In this document: one piece after another, positions 56,961-64,000 of the stretch
Layout of the letters: each line of letters starts with the position of its first letter
Numbering within the stretch: the stretch's first letter is position 1
NCBI GenBank assembly: GCA_965204535.1
Contig: OZ241996.1
Location: forward strand, 1,529,654 to 1,593,653
Source: a bacterium
GTDB taxonomy: Bacteria; UBA8248
Reading direction: 5' to 3'
Length of the DNA stretch: 64,000 nt
Notes under the pieces: generated by a model
Told to the model about the DNA's origin: nothing
The model's database searches: none
Seen by the model: only the letters and a program-made list of their open reading frames with translations
Position numbers and translations under genes: made by a program

Positions 56961-58085
56961 ATGCGTATGAAATCCATGATTGCCATGCTGAGTCTCGTCA
57001 CGTTTGCACTTATGTTCTGGGGAGGGAGCGAGGTCAGCGCCCAGGCCATCAAAATCAGTCCCAAGGATGCGGCCTATGCGAAGTATCAGGCGCTTTCGAC
57101 GGCGAAGAAGCTGCATTCGAATCTTCCCTGCACGGTTTCTCCTACCCCGGATGAAGCCGCGGCGTACCGCGCGCCGAAGGCGAAGCGCAGATACACAATC
57201 GGCTTCATGGAGCCCACGCTGGCGGGGCACTATTACCAGGCCGGCTCGAGCGGCGCGTTCAAGGCTGCCAAAGAGGCGGGCGTGAAGCTTGAGTTCGTTT
57301 CTGCCGGTACCGGATACGCGTCGCCCGAGCAGCAGCTCAAACAGGCCGAGCGTCTCCTGCTGAAAGGCGTGGATGCGGTCGCGGTCATCCCGACCGATAT
57401 CCAGGGCGGCGTCGCAATCACCAATCTTTTCCTCCGCGAGAAAATTCCGGTCGTGATCGTGGCCACGGAATCCAGTTCGCCGGATGCGTACATGGTGATG
57501 CAGGACGACTACCAGATGGGTCGTGATTCGGCTGACCTCCTGGTGAAAGAGACCGGCCCGAATGCCGGGAAGGGCATCGTGATCGCCGGGCCGGCCAACG
57601 CCACCTGGTCGGCCAAACGGGCGGCCGGTTTCGCGGATCGGGTGAAAGAAAAGTACCCGGGCGTCAAGATCGCCGTCTCGGCGACGCAGAACGTCGACCC
57701 CGCCCAGGGGCTGAAATCATTCGAGAACGCGGTTCAGGCCCATCCGGATATCAAATGGGTGTATTCGGTCTTCAACCTGCTGCTCGATCCCGACTCGCTG
57801 CCGGCGCGGTACAAGGACGTCGCTTTCGTCACGAACGGTCTGGACCCCGCCTCCATTCAGGATTTGAAAGAGGGCCAATACTCGACGATCATAGGCATCA
57901 CGCCGACTCCGATGGGGTATCAGGGGGTCGGTCACGCCGTGGCGATCCTCAATGGCGATCAAAACGTGCCCGCCCTGGTGTGCATCCCGCTGACGCGCTA
58001 CACCGCAAAAGACATGCCGCCCAACAAGACCGCGGTGACGCTGGAGCTTATCCAGAAAGGGTTTGAGGTCTCGGCTCAAAAATGA
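56961..58085 (+). CDS. CUT2 ABC transporter substrate-binding protein
   Basis: Signal peptide; periplasmic binding protein type-1 pattern 'GVDAV', 'D.YQMG', 'R.AGF'. Confidence 0.88.
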   Translation: MRMKSMIAMLSLVTFALMFWGGSEVSAQAIKISPKDAAYAKYQALSTAKKLHSNLPCTVSPTPDEAAAYRAPKAKRRYTIGFMEPTLAGHYYQAGSSGAFKAAKEAGVKLEFVSAGTGYASPEQQLKQAERLLLKGVDAVAVIPTDIQGGVAITNLFLREKIPVVIVATESSSPDAYMVMQDDYQMGRDSADLLVKETGPNAGKGIVIAGPANATWSAKRAAGFADRVKEKYPGVKIAVSATQNVDPAQGLKSFENAVQAHPDIKWVYSVFNLLLDPDSLPARYKDVAFVTNGLDPASIQDLKEGQYSTIIGITPTPMGYQGVGHAVAILNGDQNVPALVCIPLTRYTAKDMPPNKTAVTLELIQKGFEVSAQK

Positions 58086-58128
58086 CCGGCAAGCAGCGCT
58101 TCGCCCGCGAGCCTGGTGGTCAGAGAGG

Positions 58129-59667
58129 ATGGAATTGCTGAATTCCCCGGTCGCAGAACGCCGTGCCCCCGCCGTCAGGGTGGAGAACGTCACCAAAACG
58201 TTTCCTGGCGTAAAGGCCCTGGATCGCGTCAGCTTTGATGTCGACCACGGCGAGATACACGCGGTGGTCGGGGAGAACGGGTCGGGAAAGTCCACACTTT
58301 TGAAGCTGATGGTGGGCGCTTTCCCGATGAACTCCGGGCTGATCCGCATTGATGGGGATGAGGTCCGGCTGCGCTCACCGCGTGAGGCCAGGAAGCGGTA
58401 CGGCATCAAGATGATGCCGCAGGACGTCGAGTTGTGCGGACAACTGATTACCGGCCGCAACATCATGCTGGGCCTCGAGGGGGCGCTGGTCGACCGGAAC
58501 AGGCTGTCGCGCCGCGAGCGGGCGATGACGAAGGAAGTGCTCCGCCTGATCGGCGCTCACGTGGACCCCCAGGGCAGAGCGGAGGATTTAAGCACACCGG
58601 AGGCTCGGTTCATCCAGATCGCTCACGCGCTCTTGCCTCCGGTGAGCGTGGTCCTTTGCGACGAGCCGACGGCGGTGCTTTCCGCAGTGGATGCCGAGGC
58701 GCTTCTGGCCACCCTGACCAGGATCCGGAGCGAGGCGGGTACGGCCATCGTATACGTCAGCCACCGGATCGGTGAGGTCCTCCAGATAGCCGACCGCATC
58801 ACGATCCTCCGCGACGGCCGCAGCGTCGGCACTTTCCGGCGCGGCGAGATCGACCGGCAGCAAATGATCGAGCTGATGACCAAGTCCGCGCGCGCCGGCA
58901 AGCAGGGGGCGCCGTCTCAAGACGCCGCCCGGGGCGCGGCGAAAGGAGGCAAGCTGGCGGTTCAGGCGCTTGGGCTCGGCCGGAGCTTTTCAGACGTCTC
59001 GCTCGAAGTAGCGGCGGGACAAATTGTGGGAATCGCCGGCGCGCAAGGCGCGGGGTTTGGTCCGCTGCTCGCCGCCATTGCGGGCCGCATGAAATACGAC
59101 GCCGGCTCTGTCGAGCTGGACGGGGTTTCCATTCCGCCCGGCTCGACCACGAAAGCGTACAAGTCCGGGATCGCGCTGGTCCCGGCCGACCGGCGGCAAG
59201 CGGGTATCGTCCCGTCGCTCACGGTCCGGGAGAACATCGCCTTGCCCGTTACAGGATCGCTTGGACGGAACGGTTTCCGGCTTCGGCGGGCCGAGCGGGA
59301 GACGAGCCGGAAATTCGCCGAGGTATTCGATATCCGGGGCGCCGGGCTCAACACCATGGCCGGAAACCTGAGCGGCGGCAACCAGCAGAAACTGGCGATT
59401 GCGCGATCCCTTCAGGGGGAACCCAAGTTTCTTCTGCTCGAAGAACCCACGCAGGGCATCGATATCGGCGCCAAGTCCGAGATCCGTCATCACATCGGCC
59501 AACTCGTTCGCAACGAAGGAATGGGAGCGTTGGTCGCGAGTTCCGAGTTTGAAGATCTCATCGGCTTCTCGGACGTCCTCCATGTGATGCGCCTGGGCCG
59601 GATCGTCGCAACATTCGACGGGAAAACGGCGACCTACTCGGACATCCTTCACGCGGCGCTCCCGTAG
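58129..59667 (+). CDS. CUT2 ABC transporter double ATPase
   Basis: 'GENGSGKST', 'DEPT', 'VSHR', 'LSGGNQQK', 'EEPTQGID'. Confidence 0.93.
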   Translation: MELLNSPVAERRAPAVRVENVTKTFPGVKALDRVSFDVDHGEIHAVVGENGSGKSTLLKLMVGAFPMNSGLIRIDGDEVRLRSPREARKRYGIKMMPQDVELCGQLITGRNIMLGLEGALVDRNRLSRRERAMTKEVLRLIGAHVDPQGRAEDLSTPEARFIQIAHALLPPVSVVLCDEPTAVLSAVDAEALLATLTRIRSEAGTAIVYVSHRIGEVLQIADRITILRDGRSVGTFRRGEIDRQQMIELMTKSARAGKQGAPSQDAARGAAKGGKLAVQALGLGRSFSDVSLEVAAGQIVGIAGAQGAGFGPLLAAIAGRMKYDAGSVELDGVSIPPGSTTKAYKSGIALVPADRRQAGIVPSLTVRENIALPVTGSLGRNGFRLRRAERETSRKFAEVFDIRGAGLNTMAGNLSGGNQQKLAIARSLQGEPKFLLLEEPTQGIDIGAKSEIRHHIGQLVRNEGMGALVASSEFEDLIGFSDVLHVMRLGRIVATFDGKTATYSDILHAALP

Positions 59668-59691
59668 GCGTCGGCGTAGAAGACGCAGTTT

Positions 59692-59857
59692 GTAGGGGCC
59701 GTTCGCGAACGGCCCCTACGGAAACCTCTGCGAATTACGATAAGGACGCAGTTCTGAGCATACGGTCGTTTACGGGGAGTCCATTATCCAAAGCCGGACA
59801 GGCGCGGAGGCCTGCCCCGACAAAACCACCCCCCCCTACCCCCCCTTGTCAGGGGGG
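59692..59857. repeat. Perfect REP palindrome, degenerate REP and MITE fragment
   Basis: 28-bp palindrome GTAGGGGCCGTTCGCGAACGGCCCCTAC (59692-59719); GGACAGGCGCGGAGGCCTGCCC; CCCCCCCTACCCCCCCTTGTCAGGGGGGT near 59829-59857. Confidence 0.8.
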
Positions 59858-60143
59858 TAAAAAAAGGCCGGCGCCCCGCGAAGGGCCGGCGGAAGCGGAA
59901 GTTGCTGCGACACAATCCCTGAGGTCCGAGGCCCGGCCGAGCGGGGCGCCGGCCTGTCTGCATGACGAAAACAGGGGCCGCCCGTTGTTCCCGTTCCCGG
60001 CTCGAGGACTCAAACTCATAACCGGGAGCGGTACAGTTTGCTCCATCACGAGGGAAGCAACCAACGGGCAACCCCCTTTTCGCTCTCCTTTTCAGCCTCA
60101 GGCTCCTGAGGAAGAAACCCCCGAGACCGAAGGCGTCTGTCCG

Positions 60144-61784
60144 TTACCTGTGTGCCGCGAATGCCCCGATGAAAGCGGCGTCTCCTTCGCCACTTTCTTT
60201 TACGACGTTAAACGTTCCCGCGACCGAACCGGGAGCTTGTGGCGAGAAGGTTATTGCTGTGGTTACAGGCTCGACGTCCGTATCTCTTACACTTTTCGGG
60301 CCACTGATTCTCTGGCCGAAAAACTGACCTCTCCATCCGCCGCGGTAGCTTTGGCCCGCAACGACACCAACAGCTAATGTTGCCGACGGCGCTGAAGGGA
60401 AAGCACCTCCGATATCGTTGGCCAATGTAGTTTCACGTAATTCAATAGAGCCGCTGATGGATTTTCCACCAGCGACGATATTCGTTACTTCACCCTCGAT
60501 CGTTCCCCTTCCGGTTCCAGCATCATTCACAAACTCGGCGTCGAGTGAAACGTTCGCCGTGAAATAGCTCATCGCTCCACCCGCGAGGTAAGCGCCGTTC
60601 GCATCCCCATTATAAGTGGCCGTTATACTTTCACCAGCAGTCGGAACAATATCGTCGATCATATCGAAACCGCTTGCTAGCTGCGTACACGTAGTATTGG
60701 CCACGCCCGCATAACGATTACACTCAGCGAAATTAGTCCCATCAGGCGGTCGAGACGAATCAAGGGGTTGGCCGCCATACGCGAAAGCCTCTATTGCATC
60801 ACTCGCAAGCCAAATCCCGACGAGCAGGTAGTCGGTGTCTGCTTTGGGCGCGACCGCCTCATTCGTGTCTGGCGTGTTCGTATTGTCTGCCAAGCCTGTC
60901 CTCGCTCTTGGGTTTTCTCTGTTGATGTCCGTGTAGGCGTTGACGAAACTGTCGCCAGCGGCGTTTTTCATATCGAAGCCATGGGGAAGGCGACCCGTCC
61001 CACTGAGGGGGGACGTCCTGATATCCTGCGAGTTGAGTCCGTTCACCGTAACCCTCCGCACCTCCGGTCTGACGTTCGGGGCAGTACCCGTGGTAGCCGG
61101 GAATCTAGCTTCGCTGGTACCTGAAGCGGCCGGACCTACGGTGAGAGGGTCGGTAGCGGTGTTTTTCAGATTTGCTATCACGGCGTTATAGACGAGTTTG
61201 TTGTCTCTCACGTGCCGGATGAGCGAAGAGCCGTTCGTCGCGAGACGCTCCTCCTCCGCCTGCTGTTCGCGCAGGCCCGCAACCGCTTCCACGGCACTCT
61301 GGATGGCCGCCGCCCCCGCCCGCGCATTGCTTAGGGTAGTAAGCGCCGCCCTCGCGCTCGTCACGGCGCCTTCCGCCGCCGCTGGCGTTGTGGCCGCATT
61401 CGCCACGCCGCTCGCGCGGACGATCGCCCTCAAGGCGTCCAGCGCGGCGTTCCCCTCGGCGCGGGCGTTCGCTATCTGCTCCGCCGTGGCGTCGGCGCTG
61501 GCTTCCACCGCCGTCACGGCCGCGCGCGCCGCTTGTTCTAAAGTGTTGGCGTCCCTGACGATGCCCGCTATCGTTTCTCTCGCCGTGGCTATCCTTTCCT
61601 CATCCGTCGGCCCCGGATCCGTGCAGTCCGGGTACGTCCCGACTTGACCCTGCGGGCATTCCATCACCGGCGGTGGTTCCTCCGGCGTCATCGCAGAGCC
61701 GCCGCCACCGCCGCAACCGGAGGCAAATGCCGCAATGCACACGACAAATACCGCCAATTTCAAAAGCTTGAGCATTTTCATCAT
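60144..61784 (-). CDS. Surface lipoprotein with a TbpB-like C-terminal beta-barrel
   Basis: Lipobox 'ASGC' + poly-Gly, Ala-rich helical stalk, 'ATYNGDANG', 'GGWRGQFFG', 'PGSVAGTF', 'GAFAA'. Confidence 0.75.
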   Translation of the reverse strand: MMKMLKLLKLAVFVVCIAAFASGCGGGGGSAMTPEEPPPVMECPQGQVGTYPDCTDPGPTDEERIATARETIAGIVRDANTLEQAARAAVTAVEASADATAEQIANARAEGNAALDALRAIVRASGVANAATTPAAAEGAVTSARAALTTLSNARAGAAAIQSAVEAVAGLREQQAEEERLATNGSSLIRHVRDNKLVYNAVIANLKNTATDPLTVGPAASGTSEARFPATTGTAPNVRPEVRRVTVNGLNSQDIRTSPLSGTGRLPHGFDMKNAAGDSFVNAYTDINRENPRARTGLADNTNTPDTNEAVAPKADTDYLLVGIWLASDAIEAFAYGGQPLDSSRPPDGTNFAECNRYAGVANTTCTQLASGFDMIDDIVPTAGESITATYNGDANGAYLAGGAMSYFTANVSLDAEFVNDAGTGRGTIEGEVTNIVAGGKSISGSIELRETTLANDIGGAFPSAPSATLAVGVVAGQSYRGGWRGQFFGQRISGPKSVRDTDVEPVTTAITFSPQAPGSVAGTFNVVKESGEGDAAFIGAFAAHR

Positions 61785-61919
61785 TTGCCCCCTAAGGCTG
61801 CCCCCCCTCCTGAAACGGAAGGGGTCGGGCGGGTTGAAACCAACTTCCAGATTATCGCTTGCTTGGAGAAGCCCCGGCCCCGGGCTCAGAGAGCCCGAGG
61901 CCAAAGGCGTGGTGCTCTG

Positions 61920-63749
61920 TTAGTCAGCCTTCCTCGAGCCGAAAGAGCCCAGAATTCTGACCGGGTCACCGGAATGCCCCGGCGCTTCCGCAGCAAAAGT
62001 ACCTGCCGCGGTCGTGGGGTATTCGGTTTCAGCCGCCTTGGCGGTCCTCGCCTTGTTGGGGCCGTAGAACTGGCCGCGCCACTTGCCTTCCATGGCCCGG
62101 CCCGCCAGGGTGCCCGAAACCTCGTCGCTGAAGCCGGCCACGCTATGATTATCAGATGCAGGGTCCAACAAAAGGGTGGTCCCATCAAATACGGCGGCAC
62201 CGTTGGCAGTCCTCGTGACGGTTGCCTTCTCGAGCGTCAGCGAGCCCGCCACGTCCATGCCGCCGGCCCTGATGTTGGAGACGGTTCCGGTGACGGCGCC
62301 TATGAGAAGCCCGTCATTAGCAGCATTTGCGGGAGAATTATCAGCCCCGACGGTTCCGCCGAAGTTGGCCGTCAGGCTCACGTCCGCGTCGAAGTATTCG
62401 ACCATGCCTGCCGCCGAATACAGACCGCTCGCGTCCCCGTTGTACGTCGCCGTGCCCTTGAGTTCTGGAGAGACAATGAACACGTCGCTGCCGTAAGCGA
62501 ATGCGCCCGCCTGGGCGTGAGGGGCCGTATTGGGAGGAGTAGTACCTGACAGGCTATCCACGGTGGAACCAGTAACCCAGAAACCCCAGGCCAGGTAGTC
62601 GCTGTCCGCCTTGGTGGTTCCGTCGCTCTCATGGAATGTGTAGCCCGTATTCGCTACGATCTTTCCACTCGCGTCGACACTGATTGAGCAAGGAGTTCCG
62701 GGAGTATTACATTGAAATTGTCCTGCAACCGGAGGTCGATTGTCTCCGGGGTTCGCGTTCAACGTCGCCGCGAAATTGCTTCCGTCCCCTGCGACGTCCC
62801 CCGCTACGATTACACTTGTGCCAACAGCGGGAACATCGTTAGTAGATGCTGTAGCCTCATAGTTTTGGGTGTCCGCCTGAATGTCCGTGTTGACGACGAG
62901 ATGAGTTTTGTCAGTGGCAGCAGCTGCCCGGTATACCAGATCCTGGGCTTCCCAGTCTCCTTTGGTCTGGAAGCGTGAAGGCGTTTCACCCACTAAAAAC
63001 GCATTACCAGTACCAAGTTCGAGCGTAAATGTTGAGCCGCCCGCCTTATGATCCGCTACTGCCGTTGTTGTTACAGTTACGGTAGCAGGAGTAGCTACTG
63101 TTGAATCACTGGATCCGCCCAAGTTCAACATACCAGTAGTATTAGTAGGCGTAGCCCCTGCGGCAGCCGCCATTGCGGCTCCCACGTTGCTTGCATTTGA
63201 GCGATACGCGGGCGGTTTAGTTCCCTCCAACTCGGCATTTGCGATATCTTCGCCGTTGAGCTGCTTGTTCGCCAGCATGGTAACTCCCACGCCGCGCTCG
63301 CCGGCCGCTTCCATCGCGCTGTCGCGGGCCGCTTCGGCCGCCATCTGGTGCTCCATGGCCGTCGCCGAATCTGTGGCCGCCGCCGCCGAGGCGGATGCTG
63401 TCATGGCCGCGTTTGCGTGCGCCTGCGCGTTCGAGGCCGCCACGGGGTCCTTCGCGCCGGCTACTGCCGCCGCCGCCGCCGTATACGCCGCCATGGCGGC
63501 TTCCTGCGCGCCGCTCAGGGCCATCTCTTCGGCAAGGTCCTCGGCGGAGGTGCACGACCCGTCCTCGTTATACCGACCGCCGTCATCCTCGCACATTTCC
63601 TCCGCGGTCGGTTCCGGCATCGCGGGCGGCTCCGGGTCCGGCGCAGCAGCACTGCCGCCGCCGCCGCCGCAGCCGGCCAGCGTCAGCGCGAACACGGCCG
63701 CCAGCGCGAAAGCGTAGAGCTTGTTTATCGATTTCTCTTTGAACATCAT
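61920..63749 (-). CDS. Surface lipoprotein with a TbpB-like C-terminal beta-barrel (paralogue)
   Basis: Lipobox 'LAGC' + poly-Gly, Ala-rich stalk, 'DYLAWGFW', 'ATYNGDASG', 'GKWRGQFYG', 'TAAGTF', 'GSFGS'. Confidence 0.78.
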   Translation of the reverse strand: MMFKEKSINKLYAFALAAVFALTLAGCGGGGGSAAAPDPEPPAMPEPTAEEMCEDDGGRYNEDGSCTSAEDLAEEMALSGAQEAAMAAYTAAAAAVAGAKDPVAASNAQAHANAAMTASASAAAATDSATAMEHQMAAEAARDSAMEAAGERGVGVTMLANKQLNGEDIANAELEGTKPPAYRSNASNVGAAMAAAAGATPTNTTGMLNLGGSSDSTVATPATVTVTTTAVADHKAGGSTFTLELGTGNAFLVGETPSRFQTKGDWEAQDLVYRAAAATDKTHLVVNTDIQADTQNYEATASTNDVPAVGTSVIVAGDVAGDGSNFAATLNANPGDNRPPVAGQFQCNTPGTPCSISVDASGKIVANTGYTFHESDGTTKADSDYLAWGFWVTGSTVDSLSGTTPPNTAPHAQAGAFAYGSDVFIVSPELKGTATYNGDASGLYSAAGMVEYFDADVSLTANFGGTVGADNSPANAANDGLLIGAVTGTVSNIRAGGMDVAGSLTLEKATVTRTANGAAVFDGTTLLLDPASDNHSVAGFSDEVSGTLAGRAMEGKWRGQFYGPNKARTAKAAETEYPTTAAGTFAAEAPGHSGDPVRILGSFGSRKAD

Positions 63750-64000
63750 TTAGTGAGTCCTCCTGAATACACAGTAGAAAAAGGGATTTTCCGTGAATTT
63801 CCGGCTTTCTCCGATTAACCTCCTTTCGTCAGCTTTTATTTCGGGCCTTCACAAACTGGTGATTCGTATCTCGGGCCGCCTGAAATACGGCGGACTTGAA
63901 CCCTTTCATGCTCCGGGCCGGTGGTGAGTCTTTCCGCGAGAGGCGAATCCCTGCGGCATGCGTCCATCTCGAACCCGGGCTGGTGACCGCTAATTGCTGT

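Noticed and set aside
63750-64000. Riboswitch in the lipoprotein leader
   Set aside because: Some short hairpins, but no consensus I can match, and the region is cut by the window edge.

Overview
GC-rich chromosomal window from a diderm bacterium (porin, TRAP/ABC importers, lipoproteins), mostly catabolic and envelope genes. From left to right: (1) a DcaP-type porin and a Mo-hydroxylase (XDH family) large/FAD subunit pair with no adjacent 2Fe-2S subunit; (2) SDR, sulfurtransferase, cupin and LLM oxidoreductase genes; (3) a minus-strand cluster of PEP-hydrolase-family TIM barrel, Tm-1-like protein, SdhA/NadB-like flavoprotein, beta-hydroxyacid dehydrogenase, UbiX, split FdrA, amidase, VOC and TAXI-TRAP, interrupted by an MNT antitoxin and a broken HEPN gene; (4) a 14-kb MoxR/DUF58/vWA/DUF4159/DUF4175/TPR-peptidase operon; (5) an NAD-linked formate dehydrogenase; (6) an AT-rich restriction-modification island; (7) three tandem DMT transporters; (8) a divergent adenine-deaminase homologue with SDR and CUT2 ABC importer; (9) tandem surface lipoprotein paralogues. 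The clearest signal the ORF track misses is two probable selenoprotein genes. One is a two-domain sulfurtransferase with UGA at the catalytic Cys (6632-7468). The other is an AhpD/CMD-like protein with CxxU (51398-51988). Each UGA is followed by a SECIS-like hairpin. Also notable: a candidate ~200-nt structured RNA (24346-24543), phased direct repeats upstream of the MoxR operon, and intergenic nests of GTAG-REP pairs and MITEs, one with an intact 5-bp target-site duplication. All calls come from reading motifs by eye; no database search or folding program was run.
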